Assembly (NCBI GenBank): GCA_026004395.1
Contig: BPJB01000001.1
Span: 327,343 to 391,342 of the forward strand
From: Patescibacteria group bacterium
Lineage (GTDB): Bacteria; Patescibacteriota; Microgenomatia; Levybacterales; UBA12049
Direction: 5' to 3'
Length of the DNA: 64,000 bases
The translations under genes and the position numbers were made by a program. How positions within the stretch are numbered: position 1 is the first letter of the stretch; every line of letters starts with the position of its first letter. Below, piece by piece: positions 8,056 through 18,994 of the stretch. The notes beneath the pieces were generated by a model, which was given only the letters and a program-made list of their open reading frames with translations, was not told where the DNA came from and ran no database searches.

Positions 8056-10707
8056 TTAATCAGCTTCTAAATATTTATTTGATTGCGAAAGCATTTTTAG
8101 CTTGTCTTTTATTACTGCAAGTTTATTTAGGGCTTCAAGAGGAGTCATTGTCGCCAAATCAATATTTTCAAATTCTTTATAAATAATGTGATCAAGAATT
8201 GTTTTATCTGCCATACTCGATGTGGCTTGTTCTGTTCTTTCTGTGAAATATTGTTTACCTCTTTCTGTAACTTCTCTAAATTCTAGTGTTTGGAGTATTT
8301 CATATGCTTTAGTAATTACTATATCTGGAACTCCAGCAAGTTTTGCTACAGCGACTCCAAAACTATGCGATGCTGCGCCGGGAAGAAGTGTATGGAGAAA
8401 AACAGGTTGACCTTTATCTTCAGTAACTGCCAAATGAAAGTTTTTGATTTGATTTGGATAATCTTGTTCAAGAGCTTGTAATTCATGGTAGTGTGTTGCG
8501 AAAAGTACCTTTGGTGCTGGTTTGATATGTTTTACAAGGTATTCCGCAACTGCCCAAGCAATTGAGATACCATCATATGTACTTGTTCCTCGACCTATCT
8601 CATCCATAATGATCAATGAATTACTCGTAGCATTGTTAAGAATATAAGCTGTCTCTACCATCTCAACCATAAATGTTGAAAGCCCAGCGCTAATAACATC
8701 AGAGGCTCCAGAGCGTACAAAAATTCTATCTACTATACTTATATGAGCAGATTTAGCAGGAACAAAACATCCAATCTGTGCCATAAAGACAATAAGTGCT
8801 ACTTGGCGAATGAATACAGATTTTCCTGCCATATTTGGTCCAGTGATTAAAAGAAGTGACTGACTTACATTGTCTAATGTGACATCATTTGGTACAAATG
8901 GTGTTTCTACTAATTTTTCAACGACCGGATGTCTCCCTTCCTTAATACGTATTTCACCAGAATAAATGATCTTTGGTTTAGTGTATTGTTCTTTCTCTGA
9001 AAGATAGGAAAAAGAAGATAGACAATCAATTACTGCAATACTTTCTGCTGCCTTCTGAATATATTCTGTATTCTTTAAAACAGTCTGCAAGACTTCTGAA
9101 AATATTATGTACTCAAGATTATTAATTTCTTCTTCAGCCGTGAGAATAATTTCTTCGTGTTCCTTTAATTCTTTAGTAATGAATCTTTCAGCATTTACAA
9201 GAGTCTGTTTTCTCATATAATCAGTTGGAACTAGGTGAAGGTTTGCTTTAGATATTTCAATATAAAAACCAAAAACTTTATTAAATCTTACTTTGAGTGA
9301 TCCTATTCCTGTTCTTTCTCGCTCTTTTTTCTCAAGATTTGCTATCCATTGTTTGCTTTTTTGAATACGTTCTCTTAAATTGTCAAGACTCTTGTTGACA
9401 CCTGAACGTATCATTTTCCCTTCTTTTGTAGATAGAGGAGGCTCATCAACGATAATTTTGTCTATATAGGAGATTAGTTTCTCAAGATCATCAGAAATAG
9501 ATGAGAGTTGTTTTTTTATAAGTATTGAGTTCAAAGAATGCATTAAGGTTTTGATATGGAGAATAGCTTTTAGTGCATGTTTGAGATTGACAAGATCGCG
9601 AGCATTGCCGATATTTACTGATAGACGAGAGAGGAGTCTTTCAATATCTGGAATATGTTTAAGATTTTCTCTCAGTTGATCTCTGATTTCTGCTTGCTTG
9701 CAAAACTCTTCAACAGCATCTAATCTATCTTCAATAGCTTTTTTATCAATAAGTGGCTTTTTCATCCACTGTTTCAACATTCTACCTCCCATTGCAGTGA
9801 TTGTTTGATCGAGTACACTAAGAAGTGATCCTCGTGTATCGTGTTCTCTGATTGTTGAGAAGAGTTCAAGATTGATCATAGTGGATCGATCTAGAATGAG
9901 TCCATCCTCTTTACTAAGTGGAGAAATTCGTCTGATGTGAGCAATATCCCCTTTTTGCGTCTCTTTAAGATAACCAAGTAGTACAGCAGCAGTTTCAATC
10001 GCATAAGGCTTTTCCCCCAAACCAAACCCTTCTAATGTCTTTATGCCAAAATGCTGTTGGAGATATGATTTTGCGTCAGTAGTGAAACTTTCAAATTTTG
10101 CATAAGGAAAAATATTGATTCCTTTTATTTTTTTGATGATTTTAAGTACACTTGGCTCATTGTAGAGGTCATCAGGTAAAATGCACTCAGATGGTTGAAG
10201 ATAAGAAAGTTCTTCAATAAGTATTTTTTCTAAGGATTCAAATTCTTGTTGAGTTGTTGCAAAAAAACCAGTAGAGAGATCGGCTGCTGCAATCGCAAGT
10301 ATGTTGTCAACTATTTTAATGCTTACAATATAGTTATTTTCTTTTTTATCGAGAGCTTGTTCGTCTATGAGTGTTCCTGGAGTGATAACGCGTACGACAT
10401 CGCGTTCAACTAGACCCCGTTTATTGGGAGGAGAAAGCTGTTCACAGATTGCGACTTTATAGCCAGATTTAACCAGTTTAGCAATGTAATTATCAACAGC
10501 ATGATATGGAACTCCAGCCATGGGTATTCGTCCATCTTTGCCTCCAGATTTTCCGGTAAGAGTGATATTGAGGATTTGTGATCCAATATACGCATCTTCA
10601 TTGAATAACTCATAAAAATCACCCATTCTATAAAAAAGCAGACAATCTTGATACTGCTCTTTTATCTTGCGGTATTGCCGCATCATAGGTGTTGAAAACT
10701 CATTCAT
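8056..10707 (-). CDS. mutS: DNA mismatch repair protein MutS
   Basis: TPMMRQY, GDFYELF, TGPNMAGKS, STFMVEM, DEIGRGTS and FATHYHEL motifs. Confidence 0.98.
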   Translation of the reverse strand: MNEFSTPMMRQYRKIKEQYQDCLLFYRMGDFYELFNEDAYIGSQILNITLTGKSGGKDGRIPMAGVPYHAVDNYIAKLVKSGYKVAICEQLSPPNKRGLVERDVVRVITPGTLIDEQALDKKENNYIVSIKIVDNILAIAAADLSTGFFATTQQEFESLEKILIEELSYLQPSECILPDDLYNEPSVLKIIKKIKGINIFPYAKFESFTTDAKSYLQQHFGIKTLEGFGLGEKPYAIETAAVLLGYLKETQKGDIAHIRRISPLSKEDGLILDRSTMINLELFSTIREHDTRGSLLSVLDQTITAMGGRMLKQWMKKPLIDKKAIEDRLDAVEEFCKQAEIRDQLRENLKHIPDIERLLSRLSVNIGNARDLVNLKHALKAILHIKTLMHSLNSILIKKQLSSISDDLEKLISYIDKIIVDEPPLSTKEGKMIRSGVNKSLDNLRERIQKSKQWIANLEKKERERTGIGSLKVRFNKVFGFYIEISKANLHLVPTDYMRKQTLVNAERFITKELKEHEEIILTAEEEINNLEYIIFSEVLQTVLKNTEYIQKAAESIAVIDCLSSFSYLSEKEQYTKPKIIYSGEIRIKEGRHPVVEKLVETPFVPNDVTLDNVSQSLLLITGPNMAGKSVFIRQVALIVFMAQIGCFVPAKSAHISIVDRIFVRSGASDVISAGLSTFMVEMVETAYILNNATSNSLIIMDEIGRGTSTYDGISIAWAVAEYLVKHIKPAPKVLFATHYHELQALEQDYPNQIKNFHLAVTEDKGQPVFLHTLLPGAASHSFGVAVAKLAGVPDIVITKAYEILQTLEFREVTERGKQYFTERTEQATSSMADKTILDHIIYKEFENIDLATMTPLEALNKLAVIKDKLKMLSQSNKYLEAD

Positions 10708-10825
10708 AGGCAGGATAGTTTATTTTTTATTGAGAATACAATATAACTATACCATATTTTTATGAATAGCGAGGAAAGCTATTTTTTGCTTTCCAAAAAA
10801 TAACAGATATAGTAATAAATACCAT

Positions 10826-11377
10826 ATGAATAATCAGAAAAAGCGTCTTTTTATTGGTACACCGCTTTCTGAAGAGCTATCCTTAGACTTGATTTCTTAC
10901 ACAGAGATATTTGCATCTGATGGAAAGATTGTTCCTAAAGAAAATTTGCATCTTACGTTGTTATTTCTTGGAGTCGTGGAAGAGCCATGTATCAAAGATA
11001 TAATAATACAGGTTGAACAAGTATTTAAGAATTATCACTCAATTTTCCTCGAAGCAAAAGGAATTACTTGTGTGCCACCAAATTCACCGCGGATGGTTTG
11101 GCTTGAGTTTAAGAAAAATCAGATATTTACAAATTTGGTTCAAGATCTTGCAAATACATTATCACAATTTGTTCACCGTAAATTACAGAAAAAACAAGTC
11201 ATTCCACATGTTACTCTGGTTAGACTTAAAAAAACAACATCAGTAGTCCCTAAAAAGGCTAATCAATACAAAGGAACAAAAAATATGATCATTGATAGTG
11301 CTGGTCTCTACGAATCCAAATTTTTGCACAATGAGGTATTCTACAAAAAATTAGAATCCTTTAGCCTCAAAAAATAA
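10826..11377 (+). CDS. thpR: RNA 2',3'-cyclic phosphodiesterase (2H phosphoesterase, LigT-like)
   Basis: RLFIG, two HxT motifs (NLHLTLLFLG, PHVTL), PRMVW. Confidence 0.9.
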   Translation: MNNQKKRLFIGTPLSEELSLDLISYTEIFASDGKIVPKENLHLTLLFLGVVEEPCIKDIIIQVEQVFKNYHSIFLEAKGITCVPPNSPRMVWLEFKKNQIFTNLVQDLANTLSQFVHRKLQKKQVIPHVTLVRLKKTTSVVPKKANQYKGTKNMIIDSAGLYESKFLHNEVFYKKLESFSLKK

Positions 11378-11437
11378 TCTTAGAATCAATAAAATTTGCA
11401 TTTTTTACTTCTTTTGTGTATAGTAACGGCTTACTGA

Positions 11438-12241
11438 ATGCGACTAAGCGAACATAGTCTCCGTTTGGCCGTATCCTTCCTGCTCGGGGTAATGTTTATG
11501 GCTCTTCCTGTGGCTCAGACAGCGTTAGCCTCAACAAATTTTCCCATTAAACAATCTTTCTCCACACTTGCTTCAACAGATGAGTACTGTTCATATGATT
11601 ATATGGTCAAACTTTCTAAACTATCTACTTCTCTTACATTGCTTCCTTATACAAAAACAAACACTTATTTAGAAAATTCTATTGTTATTACTGAGTCAAA
11701 ATTAGAAAAGGTTACAGCAATTGCCAGCGTAAAAACTGTTCTTAAAAAATTTCAAGATAATGATAAAAATATAATTGAAGTGAACAACTTTCCTTCTAAA
11801 TCACAGACATCTCATCTTGCTTTTTTCAAACTGTCAACTGCAGCATCACCACCAGATTCCTCGGGTCTTAATGCTGATACGCTATTTGCTTTAGTGAATA
11901 CACATCGGACTAGTATAAATCTTAAAGAGTTTAAAAAGGATCCGAGAATCTGCGAACTTGCTGCTGAACGCGCTACTGAAATTCAAGACGAGATATATGG
12001 ATCAAGTTACATGCATGCAGGATTTTTTGCTCGCAATCTACCGTATTACGCTACAGAAAATATAATTCATCACTCCACAGAACAAACAGCATTAGATTGG
12101 TGGCTTAACTCTCCAGTTCATAGAGGTGCGATAGAAGGTAACTATGAATATGCTTGCGTTGCTTGTTCTGCATATAACTGTTCTATGATATTTACCAATT
12201 TTGCTCCTAAGCAAATTGAAACTTACTCTAATACTCAATGA
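11438..12241 (+). CDS. Secreted CAP/SCP-domain protein
   Basis: Signal-like N-terminus; LVNTHR, ENI and WWLNSPVHR motifs. Confidence 0.82.
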   Translation: MRLSEHSLRLAVSFLLGVMFMALPVAQTALASTNFPIKQSFSTLASTDEYCSYDYMVKLSKLSTSLTLLPYTKTNTYLENSIVITESKLEKVTAIASVKTVLKKFQDNDKNIIEVNNFPSKSQTSHLAFFKLSTAASPPDSSGLNADTLFALVNTHRTSINLKEFKKDPRICELAAERATEIQDEIYGSSYMHAGFFARNLPYYATENIIHHSTEQTALDWWLNSPVHRGAIEGNYEYACVACSAYNCSMIFTNFAPKQIETYSNTQ

Positions 12242-13591
12242 TTATTGAAGGACTAGTAATCCCACTAAACTTCCTAGAACAATAGCTAACATACTCAAAA
12301 AGAATTTCCAAGCAAACTCCTTTGATCCTTGTAAGTAGCAATAAAGCGATTTGGATAATAAATTAATAGAGTTTGCTAAAATAAATGCAGTCACAGCAAG
12401 ATTATAATTAATTGTATTGCCTGCAAGTTCAGCAGTATTAATCATAACAACATCGAGTCCAGCAAGTGATCCAATCATTATGGTCAAAAGAAATCCGCTA
12501 TTTCCAAAAAAAACAAGAGAGATCTTTGAAAATACATTAATTGCTAAGAATATTAGGGTGAATCTGATAGCTGGTCCAATGTTAAATATCTCATGTGACT
12601 CAATTTGAAGTTTGGTTTCTCTATTTTTCTTCTCTTCAAGTTTGTGTTTGCGTATAAGAAACAGTGTAATAGCAAAAGCAATAAAAATAATACTAATAAG
12701 AGTTGGGATTAATTTAGAAAAGAATATGCTATTGACAGCGATAATGATGATTGCAATCTGAAAGAAACTCGTAAGATTTGCTATTACAGAAGCAGCTAAC
12801 AGTAAATAAGAATGAGGTGCGGTTTTGCTCTTTTGTGCAAGTGTTTGTGTAGTTGCAGTAGATGAGATAAATCCTCCTGCAATACTTGCCAGAATCCATC
12901 CTCTGCTTTGACCTAGTGTTTTTTCCAAAATATAGCCTAAAATATCCACTCCTGTAATCAGTGCTACAATAAACCACACCTTATAGGGATTGAATAACTG
13001 AATATCTGTTATCTTTTCTGCAGGAAGATGGAGATTATGTATTAAAGTTTGTATTAAAGGTATTTCAGACAACGCGTAAGTTTTATTGGGAAGAAATGGT
13101 AGGATAACAAGCGCAATAACAGCATAGCTAATAAACGCATTGATTTCTTCTTTTTTAATATCTTCGATAAATGTTTGTATTTTTTCTTTTCGCGAAAGAA
13201 GAAGAATAATGATAATAGAAAGTGCTATGGTTAAGTGTATGGGTATCACTTCAAAAATTATGAGAAGACCGAGCATAAAGCTATAGATCATTGCAAGCTC
13301 AGTTGTAATACCAAAATCTTGTGTTTTTTGGCTATCTAGAACATAGAAAGCGATCAATAACACAAGAAAAGAGCTACTTATCACAAGTGAAAGTGGAAGA
13401 AATTCAACCGAGAGAATTCCAGTTAAAGCTCCAAGTCCTGATATGAGGGCGAAACTTCGCAAGCCTAATATAGCAATAGGTTTCTTTCCTGGATCTAAAC
13501 TCTTTTTTTCATTTATCTCTCTTTCCAGGCCTATGATAGCTCCAAGAATCATCGATAGAGCAATCTTAATAGGAATACTCAATTCTTCCAT
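12242..13591 (-). CDS. MgtC/SapB + DUF4010 membrane protein
   Basis: GAIIGLERE, GLRSF, GITTE, ILPFLPN, NPYKVW and GGFISSTATT motifs. Confidence 0.85.
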   Translation of the reverse strand: MEELSIPIKIALSMILGAIIGLEREINEKKSLDPGKKPIAILGLRSFALISGLGALTGILSVEFLPLSLVISSSFLVLLIAFYVLDSQKTQDFGITTELAMIYSFMLGLLIIFEVIPIHLTIALSIIIILLLSRKEKIQTFIEDIKKEEINAFISYAVIALVILPFLPNKTYALSEIPLIQTLIHNLHLPAEKITDIQLFNPYKVWFIVALITGVDILGYILEKTLGQSRGWILASIAGGFISSTATTQTLAQKSKTAPHSYLLLAASVIANLTSFFQIAIIIIAVNSIFFSKLIPTLISIIFIAFAITLFLIRKHKLEEKKNRETKLQIESHEIFNIGPAIRFTLIFLAINVFSKISLVFFGNSGFLLTIMIGSLAGLDVVMINTAELAGNTINYNLAVTAFILANSINLLSKSLYCYLQGSKEFAWKFFLSMLAIVLGSLVGLLVLQ

Positions 13592-13805
13592 ATGGGATTT
13601 ATCCCATTATATCTTACTTAACAATTAATAATAAACAAGGATAATAAATTAATTGCTTAAATTTTATAGTAATTTTGGTGAATAGTTTTTGGTTATTTAG
13701 GTTTTATAGTTTATAATGTCTCTGAAAAGTAAACGTACTTTTTTATGATAAGAGGAGAAAAATCCTCTGCCAAGTGAGTTTTCTTATAGATAAAGAGATA
13801 AAGAT

Positions 13806-15011
13806 ATGAATCTTGCAGCACGTATGAGACCACAAACACTTGATGAGTTTGTGGGTCAAGAAGAGCTTGTTGGTGAAGGAAAAATTTTAAGAAGAATGAT
13901 TGAATCTCGCCAGCTTTCCTCAATTATCCTTTGGGGTCCTCCCGGCAGCGGGAAAACAACCCTTGCCTCAATAATCGCTCATGAGACTGATGCTGATTTT
14001 TACCAACTGTCGGCTGTTTCTACAGGAAAGGAAGATCTAAACAAAATAATTAAAATAGCCAAACAGAATGCCATTTTCAAGAAAAAGACTATCCTTTTTC
14101 TTGATGAAATTCATAGATGGAATAAATCACAGCAGGATGTCTTACTACCATATGTGGAATCTGGTCTGATTACGCTTGTTGGGGCTACTACAGAAAATCC
14201 ATCGTTTGAAGTTAATAATGCTCTTCTTTCAAGATGTAAAGTTTTTGTTCTCAAAGGATTGTCTGAAAATAATTTGAAAACAATCATTAATCGAGCGCTT
14301 GTTGATAAAGAAAGAGGACTAGGAGTCTATAAAAAGAGAATCAATACTCAAGCAGAAGATTTTCTGGTCCGTATTTCAGGTGGCGATGCAAGGATTGTTC
14401 TTAATGCAGTGGAAATGGCTGTTGTCAATTATGATGACAAAACAATTACTGTTGATATCATCAAAGATATTTTCCAGAGCCGCTCAGCAGGACTTTATGA
14501 CAAAAAAGATGAGGAACATTATAATTTTATTTCAGCATTTATAAAGTCCATGCGCGGAAGTGACGTTGATGCAGCCTTATACTATCTCGCACGCATGCTT
14601 GAGTCGGGAGAGGATCCCAAATTTATCGCTAGAAGGATGATAATTTTTGCTTCAGAAGATATTGGTATTGCTGATCGTGGAGCACTGATCCAAGCCAATG
14701 CAGGATTTGAGGCAGTCCATAAGGTCGGTATGCCTGAAGCGCAATTGATTCTTGCACATATCTGTATATATCTTTCCTTAGCCAAAAAATCGCGTGCTGT
14801 ACCAAATGCTTTAGAGAAAGCAAAGTCTGCTGTTTATGAATTTCCGAATGAACCTGTGCCTTTGCATTTAAGAAATGCTCCAACCAAGATAATGAAAAAT
14901 TTTGGATATGCAAAAGACTATGTATGGTCTGAGGATTATGTTGGTCCAAAAAACAAGAAATCTTTTCTTCCAGAAAAATTAAAAGGAAAAAAATTTTTTG
15001 AGAATAATTAA
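13806..15011 (+). CDS. rarA: Replication-associated recombination AAA+ ATPase RarA/MgsA
   Basis: LAARMRP, WGPPGSGKTT, DEIHR, GATTENPSF, ISAFIKSMRGSD and ASEDIG motifs. Confidence 0.95.
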   Translation: MNLAARMRPQTLDEFVGQEELVGEGKILRRMIESRQLSSIILWGPPGSGKTTLASIIAHETDADFYQLSAVSTGKEDLNKIIKIAKQNAIFKKKTILFLDEIHRWNKSQQDVLLPYVESGLITLVGATTENPSFEVNNALLSRCKVFVLKGLSENNLKTIINRALVDKERGLGVYKKRINTQAEDFLVRISGGDARIVLNAVEMAVVNYDDKTITVDIIKDIFQSRSAGLYDKKDEEHYNFISAFIKSMRGSDVDAALYYLARMLESGEDPKFIARRMIIFASEDIGIADRGALIQANAGFEAVHKVGMPEAQLILAHICIYLSLAKKSRAVPNALEKAKSAVYEFPNEPVPLHLRNAPTKIMKNFGYAKDYVWSEDYVGPKNKKSFLPEKLKGKKFFENN

Positions 15012-15121
15012 TTAGTTAAAACCTAAAATTACAATAGTTTGATCGATTCAAAAGTAAAGAAGAATTTTTTTAAAGATAAATAGAGACTAACGCAAACTAA
15101 ACTTTCTCATCAAAGATAGAT

Positions 15122-15745
15122 TTATTGTGTATTTTTATTGGTGACACGAATTTCTTTAGAGGTAATTTCTCCATTTTCGATAGTATAAACATATATTTCT
15201 CCAAGTCCTATTTCGAGTTTGGCAATATCTTCATCTGAAATATTTTCGAGATACTTAACAAGTGCTCGAAGAGAGTTACCATGCGCTACAATGATCACAT
15301 TTTTACCTTCATTCAATTTGGGCAGTATTTCATTTTTATAATAGGGGACGACTCGGTTATAGACATCCTTTAATGACTCACCATTAGGTGGTGGATAGTC
15401 CCAACTTCGTCTCCATTTAAAAAATTGTTCTTCACCATATTCTTCTTTTATTTTCCATTTATTTTTTCCTGTTAGATCTCCGTAATCTCTTTCATTTAGG
15501 GCTTGATGTTTAATGATCTTAATATTGCTCGAGTTTAATTCACTTAAAATATCAGCTAATGTTTGTTGCGCACGTTTAAGAACTGAGGTATACGCAATGT
15601 CAAACGTAATATCTTTGATGAGTTGTGCAGCGTTTCGAGCCTGTGCATGTCCTTTTGGGGTTAGGGGAACATCTTTATACCCCGTCCAGAGTCCCAAAGC
15701 GTTCCATGTAGATTCGCCGTGTCTTATTAATACTAAGTATGCCAT
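15122..15745 (-). CDS. gpmA: 2,3-bisphosphoglycerate-dependent phosphoglycerate mutase
   Basis: RHGES, LNERDYG, WRRS and AHGNSLRAL motifs. Confidence 0.95.
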   Translation of the reverse strand: MAYLVLIRHGESTWNALGLWTGYKDVPLTPKGHAQARNAAQLIKDITFDIAYTSVLKRAQQTLADILSELNSSNIKIIKHQALNERDYGDLTGKNKWKIKEEYGEEQFFKWRRSWDYPPPNGESLKDVYNRVVPYYKNEILPKLNEGKNVIIVAHGNSLRALVKYLENISDEDIAKLEIGLGEIYVYTIENGEITSKEIRVTNKNTQ

Positions 15746-17025
15746 TTTTTGAAAATCTCTTTTCCAGGATAAATTGCCCTATCGCCAAGAATTTCTTCTA
15801 TACGTAAAAGTTCGTTGTATTTTGCAATGCGATCCGTACGTGAGAGTGATCCCGTTTTTATTTGACCTGTTGCCAATCCTACAGCAAGGTGTGATATAGT
15901 TGTATCCTCTGTTTCTCCTGATCTATGTGAAATGATAGTCGTCCATCCTGCTTTTTTAGCCATTTTAACAGCAGCTATTGTTTCAGTAAGTGTTCCTATC
16001 TGATTAACCTTGATCAAAATAGAATTTGCTTCTTTGTTTTTTATTCCTCTCTCTAATCTCTTAGTGTTAGTAACGAATAAATCATCTCCCACTAACTGAA
16101 TTTTTTGTCCCAGAGTGGATGTCAGCTTTTGCCATCCTGTGTGATCATCTTCTGCAAGAGCATCTTCAAGAGAGATAATCGGATATTCTTTTATCATCTC
16201 CTGTAAGAATGCAATCATTTCTTCTGTATTCATTTGATGATTATCTTTTTTGAGTATATACGATTTTTTACTATAAAGCTCTGAAGCTGCTATATCTAGC
16301 GCTAGGACGACATCTTCTTTGATCTTATAACCTGCTTTTTCTACAGCGGAGATAATAAGATCTAATGCTTCTTTATTGCCATTTAAATGTGGAGCATATC
16401 CCCCCTCATCTCCAACAGTTGTAGCATATCCTTTTTCATGAAGAATATCTCCTAATGTATGAAATATATTCGCACCCATTTCTAAAGCTTCTGAGAAAAA
16501 GCTTGCTCCGATTGGAAGAATCATAAATTCTTGTATATCAGTTGCTCCAGCCGCGTGTTTGCCACCATTGACAATATTCATCATTGGGACTGGCATGAGA
16601 GGAGTTAGTTCCTCAGCCAATTCTTGAAAATAAGCAAAAAGAGGGAGTTTCCTGGAGTTTGCTGCTGCATGAGCGCATGCAAGAGATACAGAAAGTATGG
16701 CATTGGCACCTATTTTAGATTTATTCTCTGTACCGTCAAGATCGATCATTAGATTGTCTAACGCTTCTTGTTTTGTAACGTCTTTTCCTTTCAATATTTT
16801 AGCAATTGCAGCATTGACATTACTTATTGCTTTTTGCACACTTTTTCCTTGATAGTAGGAGGGATCATTATCGCGTAACTCAAGTGCCTCATGAGTACCC
16901 GTTGATGCACCTGAAGGTACTGCAGCGCGTCCCAACGTGCCGTCTTCTAAGATAACATCTGTTTCAATAGTTGGGTATCCGCGAGAGTCGAGTATCTGTC
17001 GTGCGTGGATAGATGCAATATTCAT
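15733..17025 (-). CDS. eno: Enolase
   Basis: [39 protein letters not shown] and [10 protein letters not shown] motifs. Confidence 0.98.
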   Translation of the reverse strand: MNIASIHARQILDSRGYPTIETDVILEDGTLGRAAVPSGASTGTHEALELRDNDPSYYQGKSVQKAISNVNAAIAKILKGKDVTKQEALDNLMIDLDGTENKSKIGANAILSVSLACAHAAANSRKLPLFAYFQELAEELTPLMPVPMMNIVNGGKHAAGATDIQEFMILPIGASFFSEALEMGANIFHTLGDILHEKGYATTVGDEGGYAPHLNGNKEALDLIISAVEKAGYKIKEDVVLALDIAASELYSKKSYILKKDNHQMNTEEMIAFLQEMIKEYPIISLEDALAEDDHTGWQKLTSTLGQKIQLVGDDLFVTNTKRLERGIKNKEANSILIKVNQIGTLTETIAAVKMAKKAGWTTIISHRSGETEDTTISHLAVGLATGQIKTGSLSRTDRIAKYNELLRIEEILGDRAIYPGKEIFKKWHT

Positions 17026-17145
17026 ATAGAAGTTAGATTAATTATAGATTCTTAAGATAATTTTACAAGAGAGATTAACGTCTATTCTGTAGTTATCAGA
17101 AATACTACTTGATTTACAAATTTTGTATTGTGTATAGTAGTGTTT

Positions 17146-17622
17146 ATGGATGATATTAATAGCCAAGAGAGCAAATCAGAAAATACCTCCGATATACAGT
17201 CTTCTGTTGCAACAGAGCCTCTTGTAGGAGATGCTGCAGTTTTGCTTAATCTTGAAGAGTTGATCAGAAATCATATTCAAAGTCTTGATAAGCTTAAAGA
17301 AGAGCACAAGAAACTTAAAGAGATGTTTGAGGATGCATTTGCGAATAATCCAGTTTATAGAGAAAATGCAGAAAAGGCAAAAGAAGCTGAAAAAATAAAA
17401 GCTACTACCAGACAGCAGATTGCCAGTCAGCCCTCAGTTATTAATCTTGCAAATAAAATAAAGGAATTTTCTTTGGAGATCAAAGAGCGACAAGCTGCAC
17501 TTTCGGATTATCTTTTAGAATATCAACGACTTACTGGATCAAATGAGATTGAAGATGCTAACGGACAAATTCTTGAGATTGTTAACTCTGCAAAGCTAGT
17601 CAGGCGATCAGCAAAAAAATAA
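17146..17622 (+). CDS. Hypothetical coiled-coil protein
   Basis: Long helical, charged ORF; TATAGT 7 nt before ATG 17146. Confidence 0.75.
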   Translation: MDDINSQESKSENTSDIQSSVATEPLVGDAAVLLNLEELIRNHIQSLDKLKEEHKKLKEMFEDAFANNPVYRENAEKAKEAEKIKATTRQQIASQPSVINLANKIKEFSLEIKERQAALSDYLLEYQRLTGSNEIEDANGQILEIVNSAKLVRRSAKK

Positions 17623-17678
17623 AATCCCTCATTATTTCTAATCAAAATTCACAGTCTTAAGCTAATCTCTTTCTCATT

Positions 17679-17722
17679 CCTTACATTTCTCTACTGTATC
17701 TCTTAAGCTGGAGTATTATGAT
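17679..17722 (+). promoter_or_regulatory. Promoter of the KGG gene with CTTACA/TCTTAA repeats and -10 TATGAT
   Basis: 29/44 ungapped identity with 18167-18210. Confidence 0.6.
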
Positions 17723-17752
17723 TCCAATTAATATTTGAAAGGGGGTGAGCAT

Positions 17753-17935
17753 ATGGCAGCTAAAGGAAAATCAAAACGAGGATTTGCCTCTATGCCTGCG
17801 GAGAAGCAGCGACTAATCGCAAGTAAAGGAGGAAAAGCTGCTCATGCAAAAGGTACCGCTCATGAATTCACGAGTGAGGAGGCGCGTGAGGCAGGTCGCA
17901 AAGGTGGACAAGCAAGACAAAGAAAACGAAGGTAG
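17753..17935 (+). CDS. KGG-repeat general stress protein (YciG/Con-10-like)
   Basis: RGFASM, IASKGG, AHEFTSEEAREAGRKGG; SD GAAAGGGGGTGA supports ATG 17753. Confidence 0.92.
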   Translation: MAAKGKSKRGFASMPAEKQRLIASKGGKAAHAKGTAHEFTSEEAREAGRKGGQARQRKRR

Positions 17936-17950
17936 TTCTGCTAAAAAGTG

Positions 17951-17981
17951 AGGATACTTCGTAATTATCTCGAGGTATCCT
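17951..17981 (+). terminator. Hairpin after the KGG gene (terminator or stability element)
   Basis: AGGATACTTCG/CGAGGTATCCT stem with one G-U pair; weak U-tract. Confidence 0.5.
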
Positions 17982-18166
17982 TCGTCGTAGTTATTTTCTG
18001 TGAAACTATTTTATTAATATGTCTAGATCAGAAATTTTTTTATGCATTCTTTTGTTTGTAGTTTATTAGTAGTTATTATGCAATTTTTTTATTTCATATG
18101 TAATTGATCTTAAGAGAAAGTGTATAGAATAAAAAATGTTGGTAACGATTTCGCTTCTAGCAGATC

Positions 18167-18210
18167 TCTTACACATTTATCTTTTATCTCTTAAAGTTGA
18201 GCAATAAAAT
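18167..18210 (+). promoter_or_regulatory. Promoter of the GlsB/YmgE gene, same architecture as the KGG promoter
   Basis: TCTTACA...TATCTCTTAA...TAAAAT, ending 8 nt before ATG 18219. Confidence 0.6.
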
Positions 18211-18218
18211 GAATCAAT

Positions 18219-18473
18219 ATGAATATATTGTCTTGGATTCTTTTTGGACTGATTACAGGTATTATTGCTCATATGCTTGATCCGCGATCAGAAGAAAGTA
18301 GCATATTTTCGGCGATTCTCTTAGGAGTTGGAGGAGCTTTGGCAGGAGGTCTTACAGCTAATCTTTTTTTTGGATTAACTTTGTCACAGTTTAATCTCAC
18401 AGCTTTTTTAGTAGCAGTACTTGGATCCTTGCTTATTTTATTTTTGGGTAGAACAGTTAGAAAAGTACAATAA
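18219..18473 (+). CDS. GlsB/YeaQ/YmgE (transglycosylase-associated) stress membrane protein
   Basis: ILSWILFGLITGIIA, ILLGVGGALAGG and LVAVLGSLLIL pattern. Confidence 0.9.
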   Translation: MNILSWILFGLITGIIAHMLDPRSEESSIFSAILLGVGGALAGGLTANLFFGLTLSQFNLTAFLVAVLGSLLILFLGRTVRKVQ

Positions 18474-18651
18474 AGAGGTCTTTGAAATACTTAGAAAGTA
18501 ATCTAAAGCATAAATTAATTAGAAACTCAATATCAGACAATAAGAATTATAAATGTAAAATGACTTTTTTTAATAAACAAATAGTTTGCAAGATAAATTT
18601 AGAGTAATGAGTCTTGGGTTACATTTTTAGTATTTTAAAGGAGAAGACAAA

Positions 18652-18939
18652 ATGAATGATAGTATAAAGAAAGTTCAGCTTATTAAAATTGTATTGATGG
18701 CAAGTGTGATTGGAGTGGCGGCAGGTGTGGTGGGTACGTTAATGACAGATAAAAAGAAAAGAGAGCAAATAGTTGATACAGTAGAAGAACTGAAAAAATG
18801 GAGCGATCAAAAAATTGATGAATTAAAGAAAAAGGTAGAGAATATAAAAATAGAAGTAGATAAAAAACTTAGAACGATTGAGGAAGAGAAAACAGAATTG
18901 CAAGATCTTAAAAATGAAAAAGAGCAAGTTCTACCATAA
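18652..18939 (+). CDS. YtxH-like protein (Gly/Ala-rich hydrophobic segment plus coiled coil)
   Basis: VIGVAAGVVG followed by a Lys/Glu-rich amphipathic helix; SD AAGGAG. Confidence 0.6.
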   Translation: MNDSIKKVQLIKIVLMASVIGVAAGVVGTLMTDKKKREQIVDTVEELKKWSDQKIDELKKKVENIKIEVDKKLRTIEEEKTELQDLKNEKEQVLP

Positions 18940-18994
18940 ATAATTTAATGGTTGTATTGTATATTTGGAAAATCTCAATAATTCGTTTCTTTTA

